This document shows positions 48,622 through 57,722 of a stretch of DNA of 64,000 nt, piece by piece (within the stretch, counting starts at the first letter, position 1; the number at the start of each line of letters is the position of its first letter). The notes under the pieces are model-generated. The model did not search any database. It was not told the origin of the DNA and was given only the letters and a program-made list of their open reading frames with translations. The position numbers and the translations under genes were made by a program. This stretch comes from a virus. The stretch covers positions 5,826-69,825 of IMG/VR virus record IMGVR_UViG_3300031754_000003, one strand, 5' to 3'.

Positions 48622-49497
48622 CTACTCTCTTCCTATACCGTAACGCCGATCGGCTGGGTGCAAAGGGTCCATCACCGGAGTCGGGGTTGGCCGCGGACCA
48701 GGTCGGGCTTCGCGAAGCGGGTTGCGGAAATCAGCAAGCGCGCGTTGGATCGCCGGGCGGTCGGCAAAACCCTCGGCCTGTAAGGTAGCCTCCAATCGCT
48801 CGAAGCGGCTGATCGCGTTATAAAGTAGCCTGATCGCCGCCGGGTGATTACCCGTACCCGACGAGAGAAGCATTTCTCTCGTCTCTTGTGCCTGTTCTGG
48901 CGTCCCGCCGAAGAGATCGATTGCCCGACGCGCGTCATGGAGAACGGTTTCGAAGCGGTTTTCCCATTCGGGTTCTTTTTCCGACTGTTCTTTCCAAGCG
49001 TTGACCGTATTCGCAAAAACATCGAATTGCCGTTGAACGAGGCTCTGTTCGAGATTGCGAGCATAGTTGGTTGCAGCTTCGCCGTAAAGATCAACCAGGC
49101 TTTGCGCTTTTTCAGGCGCCAAGCGTAATTCATTCGCGGTTTGGGTGAACCTAGCAAGTAGAGGATCGTCTGCCGGGACATTAAGTCCCTTGGCAAACTT
49201 TAAATCATAGGTGATCGATTCGGGAGTAGGTGCTGGTGCTGCTTCCGGTTCAGCTTCGGGTATTGCTTCAGGTTCTGGTGCTGCTTCCGGTGGTTTCCCA
49301 AGAAGATCGCCGGTCGCTTTCGTCGGCTCGAATGGGACTGCGGGAGCGACCGGTGGCTCAGATGGTGTAACAGACTCCGCGGGTGGCTCGGTAGGAGAAA
49401 TGACCGGCTGTTCCACAGATGGCACAACAGGAGTAACAACCGGAGGCTCTACGGGAGCAGGCGTCTCTGGGACAGCTTCGGGATGGGCTTCGGACAT
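48622..49497 (-). CDS. capsid scaffold/assembly protein
   Basis: Pro/Glu-rich N-terminus, QSLVDLY, GTGNHPAAIRLL; directly upstream of the capsid gene. Confidence 0.75.
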   Translation of the reverse strand: MSEAHPEAVPETPAPVEPPVVTPVVPSVEQPVISPTEPPAESVTPSEPPVAPAVPFEPTKATGDLLGKPPEAAPEPEAIPEAEPEAAPAPTPESITYDLKFAKGLNVPADDPLLARFTQTANELRLAPEKAQSLVDLYGEAATNYARNLEQSLVQRQFDVFANTVNAWKEQSEKEPEWENRFETVLHDARRAIDLFGGTPEQAQETREMLLSSGTGNHPAAIRLLYNAISRFERLEATLQAEGFADRPAIQRALADFRNPLREARPGPRPTPTPVMDPLHPADRRYGIGRE

Positions 49498-49847
49498 TAT
49501 TTATTCCGGCGCATTGCTGAGGCTAATTCGGGGGAGGCTTCATCCAACTCCGCCCAAATCCGCCATCCCGCTTTAGAGAGACCGCTAAGAAATGCCGTCG
49601 CTATCTGATCGGGATGTCCCGTTGGCGTTGTCGCCGATTGCATCGGCCCAAAAACATTCCAGTCGCGCATCAACTCCATAATCCATTCGCGCCCGTCAGG
49701 ATCGCTAAGTAGACGGACCAGGAAATTCTCGCGCCGAACGCGGCGAATTTCAACGTCTTTCTTTTGTTCATCATCCTGCGTGCGATCGGAGCCATCGAAA
49801 TCGCGTACCCGATTAGCATCATCCTCTCGCGGAGAAGCGCTATTCAA
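49497..49847 (-). CDS. Bbp19-like protein
   Basis: LLSDPDGREWIMEL...TAFLSG; position between portal and scaffold. Confidence 0.65.
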   Translation of the reverse strand: MNSASPREDDANRVRDFDGSDRTQDDEQKKDVEIRRVRRENFLVRLLSDPDGREWIMELMRDWNVFGPMQSATTPTGHPDQIATAFLSGLSKAGWRIWAELDEASPELASAMRRNK

Positions 49848-50260
49848 TGGATTATTCGCTTCGGTTCAAACCACGGACTGATGTCGCCAGGGAGGATGAA
49901 TTTCTCGATTCCACGACCCGTTGGACGCTCGGCCAGATTCATCAGCCGGCGAAAGCCGATTCTATAGATATACGCTAGATCCCCGAATTCTTCCCAGCGC
50001 TCACCAAGATAGAGTCGCGCCATCACCTTGAGGGCTTTGGCATAAAGGCTCCCTAACCTCAACCACCTGGCGTCATCGCCGCGCCAGTGGAACATCTGCC
50101 GGCAAGTGCCCTCCAATTCCTTGTTTGCTTGAACCAATTTTGCGTAAACGGCCCCCCTTGGTGCGGGCTCAACGGCGTTCATCTTCAGCGTTTCGCAGCA
50201 CTCTTCCGCCACCCTCAACGCGTCCAGGTGTTTGGTAATAAATTCGGGCTCCCGGCTCAT
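49844..50260 (-). CDS. hypothetical phage protein
   Basis: ATGA overlaps on both sides. Confidence 0.6.
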   Translation of the reverse strand: MSREPEFITKHLDALRVAEECCETLKMNAVEPAPRGAVYAKLVQANKELEGTCRQMFHWRGDDARWLRLGSLYAKALKVMARLYLGERWEEFGDLAYIYRIGFRRLMNLAERPTGRGIEKFILPGDISPWFEPKRIIH

Positions 50261-50507
50261 GTTTGAATTGCTGGTTCCAGAATGACAGCCTGAAATATTC
50301 CTCCCGGATAGCCCAAATAGACGCGTGCCCCGCGATCGCTTTGCAGATAAGGGTCAACCCAATTGTCATAACCCCGCTTTGAGTCCATTTCCTTTATATA
50401 CCCTGTCCACGCCTCTATAGCGGCACTCTCGGAGCGGAACCAAAGCACAACCTTATGATTCACCCCATGGAACATTATTGTCAGGGAATAGGGCACGTCT
50501 ATCGGCA

Positions 50508-52301
50508 TCATGCTCCTCCTTGTTGCCCGCCACCTACCAAGGCGCCGAGCGCGTTATTCGGTGCGATTTGTGTCTCCGAAAGTCCCTTGGCCGCCCCGAC
50601 GCCGGCCATCGCGAGTTGCGCGGCTTGTGCCTGTTGCGCCTGTTGAGCCATTTGGGCTTGGAGTTTCTTGACCATCGCCGGCGCCCGCACGATGCGCGCC
50701 GGCACACCTAATAGTGTCGCCATTTCACGTACCGATTCATCCGGATCGAGATTGAGATGCGCGGTAGGAGCCAATGGGTTCACGTTCTCGGCGAACGCCC
50801 ACGCCCTGGTAATTGCCGCAGTCGCCGCGGCGCGTTGCGCCATCGTCAGCATCGAGATGAAATCGATTTTGAGAGGGGTGCGGCGCAGGCTCTCCGGTAC
50901 GGGTTTGATCCATCCGGCTCGGTGCATGATCGCCAATTGCCTGCGGATGCGCCCCCGAATCGCCTCGTAGACACGGCCGATCACCGGCCCGAGCTGCATT
51001 AATTGTTCGGCCTTCAACGCATCGATCTCGGTCGCGGTGACGTTGCCACGCACTTCCTGCCGGAGCATCTCGATCGCGCGGAACAACGGGTTATAGAAAA
51101 TGGTCTCTATGCGTTGTCGGATCTGTACGAGGTTTTCCGTGATCGGCGCCACGGCCGCCGCGGGGGGCTCATAGATCGGATAGGCCAAAGGTTTCCCGGT
51201 CGCCGTGTTGACCCAAGTGATCCCATCCGGCCGGGTCGAGGTCGGTTGATTTTGCAGCTGGATATCGAACGCCATCGATGGCCGGGCGATCTTCTCGATC
51301 AATTCCGCCTGACGTGCCGTCTCTAGTTGTAGTTGGATCGTAGCCCCGAGCGCATCGGAACCTGGTCCTCTATAATACGGATCGTTGCTGACGCGATGCC
51401 ATCCCATATTACTAAAAGGTATCTCGCGGAACCCCGCCTCCGAGAGCGGCCCGTCGCCAGCCTTTCCTCGAAGCCAGAAGATTTCGCGCCAGGTAAACCC
51501 CCCTTTGACAACCCCCACTTCTTGACCCGCCGGCCCGCGCACTGGGAAGTTTGGCTCGATCGCGTGCCCGATAATGAATTCATTCTCTAAGGCGCCACCC
51601 TTCTGCGCCCACATCCGGCGGATCTCATCAGGGCATTTCTCGATCCCAAAGCGCTCGACAATTTGCCCAACTGTCAAGCGGAACTCGGCATACAACACCA
51701 AATCGGAGAAGTCGAAGCCGACACCCAAAAAATACTCTCCAGCGCAGTAGTTTACGCAGTGAAGCCCGTTGGCGTCATGCTCGTAATCAATCGTTACCCC
51801 GTTGCCGAAGAACACCAAATCTTCATAGGCGACAGCTAGACTCTCGTAGAAATTCGAGTGCGCCTGCAGATAGCGAAGAGCATCAGCCGTGTCGTCGAGC
51901 CATTGCTGGCCAGCTTGATCGATTTCGATATTTGGCATCGCTGGCCCTAGGCTCACCCACGGGCGATCAGGGTCCGTCAACCCTGACATCATGCCCGCAG
52001 CGCAGACCCGCCCGGCAATAGTTGCCGTTTCATCAACGATCAGATTATCCTTACGCAACCCTCGATCAAATGTATTGGCAGTGATGAAAGCATGCCATCG
52101 ATAGGGTAACTCATAGCGCGCGATTTCGCCCTGCGCCTCCCACCACGATAGGCGCCAGGTATAGAACGCCGCGATCCGCGATTCGAGATGCTGATATAGG
52201 ACATTCCAATTCTCGTTCGGGACCGGCCTACGTGGAGGAGGATCGGCCGGGGTTAAGGCTAAGAGTGACGGCGATGCCCGTTGATAAAACGGCTCAGCCA
52301 T
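50508..52301 (-). CDS. portal protein (head-tail connector, T7 gp8/Bbp21-like)
   Basis: AAGMMSGLTDPDRPWV, SNFYESL...DLVFFG, YYRGPG, VTATEI...LGPVIGR. Confidence 0.9.
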   Translation of the reverse strand: MAEPFYQRASPSLLALTPADPPPRRPVPNENWNVLYQHLESRIAAFYTWRLSWWEAQGEIARYELPYRWHAFITANTFDRGLRKDNLIVDETATIAGRVCAAGMMSGLTDPDRPWVSLGPAMPNIEIDQAGQQWLDDTADALRYLQAHSNFYESLAVAYEDLVFFGNGVTIDYEHDANGLHCVNYCAGEYFLGVGFDFSDLVLYAEFRLTVGQIVERFGIEKCPDEIRRMWAQKGGALENEFIIGHAIEPNFPVRGPAGQEVGVVKGGFTWREIFWLRGKAGDGPLSEAGFREIPFSNMGWHRVSNDPYYRGPGSDALGATIQLQLETARQAELIEKIARPSMAFDIQLQNQPTSTRPDGITWVNTATGKPLAYPIYEPPAAAVAPITENLVQIRQRIETIFYNPLFRAIEMLRQEVRGNVTATEIDALKAEQLMQLGPVIGRVYEAIRGRIRRQLAIMHRAGWIKPVPESLRRTPLKIDFISMLTMAQRAAATAAITRAWAFAENVNPLAPTAHLNLDPDESVREMATLLGVPARIVRAPAMVKKLQAQMAQQAQQAQAAQLAMAGVGAAKGLSETQIAPNNALGALVGGGQQGGA

Positions 52302-52526
52302 TCACTGGCCCGTCAATGCTTTCCCGGCCGTCGTCGGAGTAGCGGCACCCTGGCCGCTGGTCAGGAGCGTCTGATTGAACCCAGCACCGGCAGCCGCGGT
52401 CATCGCCGCTTGCGATGCGGCTCCGGCAGCTCCCACCGTCGCCGTGCTGGGTGAGGGAGGAGAGGGAGGTGGAGGAGGCGGGGGAGGAGCAGCTATGCTG
52501 GGACCGCCGCCAAATATCGCCCCTAT
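52302..52526 (-). CDS. small Pro/Ala-rich pre-portal virion protein (T7 gp7.3-like position); apparent ATA start
   Basis: GGAGG-5nt-ATA, reading (M)GAIFGGGPSIAAPPPPPPPP...TLLTSGQG...KALTGQ; stop abuts the portal ATG. Confidence 0.65.
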   Translation of the reverse strand: MGAIFGGGPSIAAPPPPPPPPSPPSPSTATVGAAGAASQAAMTAAAGAGFNQTLLTSGQGAATPTTAGKALTGQ

Positions 52527-52696
52527 GACCGCCTCCCCATCAGATTAAGAACCCCCGATACGCGTTCCATTTTAGCTAATTTCTGTTTTACCCCAGGAGG
52601 AAACTGAAATAGAGACCCATCCGCTCGGCGCCATACCGTAGGACCAATCTTGACCCACCCATCTTCCTCGGGATCGATCTCACGAATGACAATCAA
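52523..52696 (-). CDS. hypothetical 57-aa protein
   Basis: TTGA overlap with the terL stop, GAGGA RBS; ends in TAG overlapping the next ATA. Confidence 0.5.
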   Translation of the reverse strand: MIVIREIDPEEDGWVKIGPTVWRRADGSLFQFPPGVKQKLAKMERVSGVLNLMGRRS

Positions 52697-54288
52697 TGCA
52701 TCGTCCTCTGGCGGAAGGGATCATAATCTCTCTGCCGCGCGATACCCCGATAGGAGCCAAACGGATCATAGCTTTGTTGCGGCGGGAGAACGGATTGCTG
52801 CTCTTGGGGCTTCGGCCAAACCACTCTTAGGCTCGGGTCGGTGATGCGCGAAAGCATATCCAAGAGATCGTCATGCAACGAGACGGGGAATGCCCGATAC
52901 TCATCGAGCAATTGAGCCAAGACATCGACCGGACGGCCTTCGTAATCGATCCTCGCTATTCTCTCGGGGAGAACGAATCTTCCAGCTTCGAAGAGCGGGA
53001 CTAATCGGCGAATTCGATCGGGTTTCGAATGGTCGGTCGGCATCCACGCAAGTTCGGTGATCTCGAAACGATACGCTTCGTCAGCCATCCGCTCCTTATA
53101 ATACTCGATGTCGGCCTGCATACCGTATTTCTCGTATCCTACCCCGTTCGGTTTCCATTTCCGATGCAAGGCAAACAGCGCGTCGCCACGCTCTTTCAGA
53201 TTGAGCCGGTCGCGGATCGCGTCAAGTAAATAGTAGTTTGCGTCCTCGCCCAACCCGACAACTCCCATCGCCGTGTAGTCGCTCGTCGCTTTCTTCGCAC
53301 TCGCCGGATCGACCAAAATATATTTCGTCATCCGGCTAAAGCTCGCGTCCCGTCCGGCGCGGTAATACCGCAGCCACTCGTCGCGGAAGCCTTGGGTTCT
53401 ATCGGCGGTTGGATCTAGAAGCATCTGTGACGCGAAAGTGTATGGGCCTTGCGATCTACGGCGCTCCGCCACCCGTTCCCTCGTCCATAGGACTGGCTCA
53501 CCTTCAGCCGTGCCTTCTTTCGTCACAGGATGGCGCCGCTCGATCGCAGCGCCCCTTTCGAGGATCAACCGATAGGTATCGTTCAAATTCCATCGCGTGC
53601 CGATGTAACGTGATACCCCATTCTCGGTGCCGAGATTGAGTGAAGCTTCCCATGCCTCGTTCGTCTTCGGGATCATTCCATGCGTAACCGTATCCCGGGT
53701 CACGACATCATCATAAATCATTATCTGAAAATGCTTGGACGTTGGCTGAGCATCCACGAGCCCCCACGCCTCAATTGAACTCTCTTTGGGATTGCCCCGG
53801 CGACGCAGAATGATCCCCTCCTCCTCCGACCATTTCGGCGCCTCCTGGGATGGATTGCGCCAAATGATATCGGGGAAGAGCGACCTTAGAAGCTCGTTCG
53901 TCTCAAACTCGCGCTTGATCTGCCGTAAGAACGCCTTCGCAGTCGGCCGGTTGAACGAGAAAATCCCGATCGTCACTTCCGGGTCATGCAGAATATCGAA
54001 GATCGTCAGCGCGAAAGTGATAATGGTCGATTTGTAGTGCTCTCGCGCCCAGAGATCGAGATAGCCGTTAGGAGCAGCCTGCACTTCTCTACACCGGGCG
54101 AAAATCCAGTCCCGGTTCGCGTCGCCCCGATCCAAAACCCCCACAAGAAGAAAGAAGAGATCCGCGAGAGCGAGTTGACGCTGCGCTTCCAACAAACGCT
54201 GGACTCTGTCCTCGCCCTTCGCGGCCTCCTCCATAATCTCCGCGTAAGCGGAGATCGCCGCCTCACGAGTCGGAGGTAGGCGCATCAA
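52693..54288 (-). CDS. terL: terminase large subunit
   Basis: LWAREHYKST Walker A variant, HFQIMIYDDVV Walker B, IGTRW, ILVDPA...SDYTA, HDDLLDML nuclease motifs. Confidence 0.9.
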   Translation of the reverse strand: MMRLPPTREAAISAYAEIMEEAAKGEDRVQRLLEAQRQLALADLFFLLVGVLDRGDANRDWIFARCREVQAAPNGYLDLWAREHYKSTIITFALTIFDILHDPEVTIGIFSFNRPTAKAFLRQIKREFETNELLRSLFPDIIWRNPSQEAPKWSEEEGIILRRRGNPKESSIEAWGLVDAQPTSKHFQIMIYDDVVTRDTVTHGMIPKTNEAWEASLNLGTENGVSRYIGTRWNLNDTYRLILERGAAIERRHPVTKEGTAEGEPVLWTRERVAERRRSQGPYTFASQMLLDPTADRTQGFRDEWLRYYRAGRDASFSRMTKYILVDPASAKKATSDYTAMGVVGLGEDANYYLLDAIRDRLNLKERGDALFALHRKWKPNGVGYEKYGMQADIEYYKERMADEAYRFEITELAWMPTDHSKPDRIRRLVPLFEAGRFVLPERIARIDYEGRPVDVLAQLLDEYRAFPVSLHDDLLDMLSRITDPSLRVVWPKPQEQQSVLPPQQSYDPFGSYRGIARQRDYDPFRQRTMH

Positions 54289-54751
54289 TCAGTTTGAACC
54301 GGGCCTCGATCATCTGCGCCATCTGATCCCGTCTTAAAGAGTGTTCGACGCGGATCGGATTGTCCTTGTCACCGGAAATCCTCCACACGTCGCGCCAATT
54401 CTCGGGATCTCGGTTCTTCAGCCAAAAAATACACGCCACCGTCTCCGGAGGAAGATGCTCCACATAATCAACGACCACGGGACCATCCTTCGATGGCACC
54501 ACTTTCTGAGTCTGATGGCTGTAGCCGGTTGCCCGCGCCCACAACCGGCTCTCCACAATCTTCGTAGACTCAGCCCTGCTCAACTTCAGCGCAGCCGCAA
54601 ACTCCGGGTAACGGACCTTCCAATGACCAATCGTCTTATCCGTAACCCCGAAGAACTGTCCCAATTCAGCGTCCGTCGCCCCCAGGATCTGACGGATCTT
54701 CCGAGCCTGCTCCGGGAATTCCGGTTTGTAAACTTTCTCCGTCTTCGGCAT
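54263..54751 (-). CDS. terS: terminase small subunit
   Basis: Start at MPKTEKVYKPEF (TAATG overlap); GATDAELGQFFGV...WK..YPEF, RATGY, PPETVACIFWLKNRDPENWRD. Confidence 0.85.
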   Translation of the reverse strand: MPKTEKVYKPEFPEQARKIRQILGATDAELGQFFGVTDKTIGHWKVRYPEFAAALKLSRAESTKIVESRLWARATGYSHQTQKVVPSKDGPVVVDYVEHLPPETVACIFWLKNRDPENWRDVWRISGDKDNPIRVEHSLRRDQMAQMIEARFKLIDAPTSDS

Positions 54752-55353
54752 TACGGACCAGTGATCGTCGCCCCTTGGGGATTGAAGTCGCCAGTCTCCG
54801 CTACCGGAACCGGAACCACCGTCACCACCATCGGCGCCACCTGCGCCGGGCCAACATCCGGCGGCGCGCTCGTCCCCGTATAAGTGCAATTCGCCGCCGC
54901 CGTCGTTACCGAAACCCCATGGCAATGCCAAGTTATAAGGTCGGCATCCAAAGTGATCGTAACCGCCGGGCTGTCACTCACCACAGCCCCATCTTGAGGC
55001 GGAGTCGTTTCGCTAAACGACAGCGTACCCGTCGCCGTTTGACCAACTTCCAATTCTAAAACACTCACCGTAACCTCCATCGGAACGGATTTCACAAGAC
55101 CCGCCGGCGGGTTGAACATCCCAACCGACGGCGCCGCCACCAATTGCTGTAATGTCGCGTCAATCGCCGCTAGCTTCTGAAGGATCTGCTGTACTACCGA
55201 ACTTATCGTCGCAGCCGAGATCTCCAAGGCCGCATCACGCACGCTCACAGCAAAAGACGGCATACCCATCTCGTACCACGAGATCACTCTACTAACAAGG
55301 TTTCGGTTTCGGAATGATCCCCTCCGGAGTCGCAATCGCCGGCGCCTTCCCAC
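54751..55353 (-). CDS. hypothetical protein with Ig-like C-terminal domain (true start probably downstream of 55353)
   Basis: Coiled segment, then LEVGQTATGTL...beta-rich region. Confidence 0.5.
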   Translation of the reverse strand: MGRRRRLRLRRGSFRNRNLVSRVISWYEMGMPSFAVSVRDAALEISAATISSVVQQILQKLAAIDATLQQLVAAPSVGMFNPPAGLVKSVPMEVTVSVLELEVGQTATGTLSFSETTPPQDGAVVSDSPAVTITLDADLITWHCHGVSVTTAAANCTYTGTSAPPDVGPAQVAPMVVTVVPVPVAETGDFNPQGATITGP

Positions 55354-55593
55354 TCCCGCTGCACCGATCGCAAAACTTCGGCCATGGCTCCGCAGGCACC
55401 CTCCCCAACCCCTTGCAGTCCGGACACTCGATCTGCAACTCTACGTGCCTCACTACTCCCTCCCTAAGAAAAGCGCCCCCCGGCGGCGTGGAGAGACTTA
55501 TCTCCCTCAGGGGGCGCACCAGCAGACCATCCGCTGGATACAAATCCAAAACCTCCGCCGTCGAATTGCTCGGCATCCCCCATATCACCTTGA

Positions 55594-56019
55594 TCACCCT
55601 TCGTCCCTCGCTCGGTAAGCCTGCTGCCGACATGCGTCCGAGCAATACACCGCTCGTGGGTGCCTCGGCACAAACCCAACTCCACACCTAGCACAATTCC
55701 GCTCGGCAGGTTGCGTGACAGACTCATCAGGTTGCGTGACAGACTCATCAGGTTGCGTGACAGACTCGGCAGGTTGCGTGACACGACCAGGTTCGTCACG
55801 AACCCTCACCACCCCCGCGAGCCGCGCCGCAGCCCGTAGCTCATCACAGCATTCGATCACCGGAACCCCGCCGCGCATCACCGTCTTCGGCCGCGGTAGC
55901 TTCCCATCCCTGATCCTACACCCCCATTCGCACGAACAATCCCACCACCCGTTCCCTACCCCTCCGCAGAACAAACACCGCGATACCTCCGCCCCATGAA
56001 TCCCGCCAAAATGCGCCAA
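55594..56019 (-). CDS. Zn-ribbon protein with 4x heptapeptide repeat
   Basis: CLFC, CARC...YCSDACRQQAYR; VTQP(A/D)E(S/R) repeats. Confidence 0.55.
   Translation of the reverse strand: MAHFGGIHGAEVSRCLFCGGVGNGWWDCSCEWGCRIRDGKLPRPKTVMRGGVPVIECCDELRAAARLAGVVRVRDEPGRVTQPAESVTQPDESVTQPDESVTQPAERNCARCGVGFVPRHPRAVYCSDACRQQAYRARDEG
55702..55783. repeat. 21-bp tandem repeat x about 4
   Basis: CTC(GG/AT)CAGGTTGCGTGACAGA units at 55702, 55723, 55744, 55765; followed by near-palindrome GGTTCGTCACGAACC (55790-55804). Confidence 0.95.
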
Positions 56020-56264
56020 TTCCTAAGCCTTTCTACCCAAACCACATACACTAACCAAAACCTAACACCGCTCCGCAAAATCCCCAAAAATTTTCAAAAA
56101 TCTGAGTCGCGACACACAGGCGGGGGACGTCGATGGAGCGGGAGAGCCCACGATTGCCCCCTCCCCCCGGCACTCCGCCCTCGCGGCCAAAAACTAGGGA
56201 CAGGCTAGAGACAATTTGGCCATCTCGCCACCTACGTGCTTGATATCGCTCGCTAAGGAACAGA

Positions 56265-56633
56265 TTACGTGTCTGTTAGGCTTGATGCGCGCGTTTTCGT
56301 TTGCCGCTGCGCCCTGGTTTGTGTGTCCCTCTCCTCTTTCTTTATGTGTCGGCGTTTTTGGCATGCGTTTGTATCTGGCTCAGAGTCTCTTAGCGTTAGG
56401 GGGTAGGTGTTATGCTCATTTGGGCGGATTTTCGCTTCGGCTTGCATTTGGCGCATGGTCTCGCGGTCCTTGGCTTTGAGGATGAGCATGTGCGCTTGTT
56501 TGAGTGAGACGCATCCATCGCCATCGAGGCGTTCGATGCGCGCGGCTATGTCTGATAGCGTGTATCCTTGGCGTTGCAGATCAAGCGCATAGTCTTGACG
56601 CTCTTGGTGTATCTGTTTCATTCTTCCGAGCAT
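56265..56633 (-). CDS. HTH DNA-binding protein
   Basis: ALDLQRQGYTLSDIAARI HTH-like; basic C-terminus. Confidence 0.55.
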   Translation of the reverse strand: MLGRMKQIHQERQDYALDLQRQGYTLSDIAARIERLDGDGCVSLKQAHMLILKAKDRETMRQMQAEAKIRPNEHNTYPLTLRDSEPDTNACQKRRHIKKEERDTQTRAQRQTKTRASSLTDT

Positions 56634-56830
56634 TGTTTCACCGCGAGTTCGACGACGTGGGGGAATTGGCAGATGGTCGCGAGTAGCACGTTTGCGGCTC
56701 GATCGGGCTTTCGTGAGCCGCGTTCCCATTGCGCGTAGGTGATCGTGATCAGACCGAATTTTCGGGCGAATTTAGCCTGAGATAAACGCATCTCTCGACG
56801 CTTGATATGAGCTGCTTCGATCGGCTCCAT
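56618..56830 (-). CDS. XRE-family HTH protein, HigA/NadS antitoxin-like
   Basis: RREMRLSQAKFARKFGL...YAQWERGSRKPDRAANVLLATI. Confidence 0.8.
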   Translation of the reverse strand: MEPIEAAHIKRREMRLSQAKFARKFGLITITYAQWERGSRKPDRAANVLLATICQFPHVVELAVKQCSEE

Positions 56831-56983
56831 AAAGGCTGAGATAGCGCGTCGAAACCGCTATTCAACGGCACAATTTAGGGCTGTTTTGAGCACGATTCGG
56901 GAACATGCAGCAATTTGGCTCAGGGAATACGCGGGAGAACGTAGGATTCGTTCTCCGTGAGGTTCCCATAGGATTATTTCTGA

Positions 56984-57012
56984 TTGCGTTACGGACAAAG
57001 CGTCCTTATGTT
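56984..57012 (+). promoter_or_regulatory. sigma70-type promoter with operator in the spacer
   Basis: TTGCGT-17nt-TATGTT; spacer holds CGGACAAAGCGTCC. Confidence 0.7.
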
Positions 57013-57081
57013 CATGGTCGAGGGCGAGACGCGATCGCCAAACTGAATCGGGAAGGCCAGCAACCCAATGCAAATGGCACT

Positions 57082-57133
57082 TAGGGTAGCGCCGTATGAG
57101 TCGGCGCCTGACGAGCTTAGGAGCGAAACCCTA
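57082..57133 (+). ncRNA. type III hammerhead ribozyme
   Basis: UAGGGUA^ / stem I GCGCCG-UAUGAGU-CGGCGC / CUGACGA / stem II GCU-UAGG-AGC / GAAA / CCCUA pairing back to UAGGG; all core nucleotides present. Confidence 0.92.
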
Positions 57134-57240
57134 TGAACGATATTGCCTTCTACAGCAGCATCCTAGGACCGATGCTTATTATGATGGCGATCAGCGTTTA
57201 TCGCGTCGTTCGCGACGCTCGATCGCGCATATGCACCTGA
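57133..57240 (+). CDS. 35-aa single-TM peptide
   Basis: MNDIAFYSSILGPMLIMMAISVYRVVRDARSRICT; AGGAG RBS 9 nt upstream; stop overlaps the next RBS. Confidence 0.6.
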   Translation: MNDIAFYSSILGPMLIMMAISVYRVVRDARSRICT

Positions 57241-57251
57241 GGGAGTGGAAC

Positions 57252-57518
57252 ATGGTTGATACTACAACTGAAATCACATTCGATGATGGCGATGCGCTCT
57301 GCGAAAACGTCTGGATTAACGGACATCTTATCGGCCGCATTTGGACTGATGGCGAGGGATGCGGCTATCAAGCCCGCGCAACGTCGAATATCTCCGGCTA
57401 TTGGACGTCTATGACAACCGCATTTGAAACACGGACTAGCGCGTTACGTGCGCTCACGGCACAAGCTCGATTCGAGCGCGAACCGTATTTGCTCAGTGAT
57501 GAAACCTATGAATTGTAA
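57252..57518 (+). CDS. hypothetical early protein
   Basis: GAGGGAG RBS before MVDTTT. Confidence 0.6.
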   Translation: MVDTTTEITFDDGDALCENVWINGHLIGRIWTDGEGCGYQARATSNISGYWTSMTTAFETRTSALRALTAQARFEREPYLLSDETYEL

Positions 57519-57566
57519 TCCCCTCATTCTTCGGTCGTAACCCATTCATTCAGAGAGGCAAATCAA

Positions 57567-57722
57567 ATGACGAGTGCAGGCGGTATTCCACAAGGTCGAC
57601 CAAAATCACACAAGCTTTACGATCGTTCTGCCATAGGCAACGGTAGCGATGGCTTAGCGTCGCTTGGCGGAGGAGTTATAGCGGCGCTTGCTTTCCTAAT
57701 CCTTTTCGCCTTAGCGCTTTAA
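57567..57722 (+). CDS. 51-aa protein with C-terminal TM helix
   Basis: GAGAGG RBS; ends GGGVIAALAFLILFALAL. Confidence 0.55.
   Translation: MTSAGGIPQGRPKSHKLYDRSAIGNGSDGLASLGGGVIAALAFLILFALAL

Noticed and set aside
55702-55783. 21-bp repeats as a CRISPR array
   Set aside because: Units are directly adjacent with no unique spacers, are a multiple of 3 and encode a heptapeptide repeat; no cas genes are present
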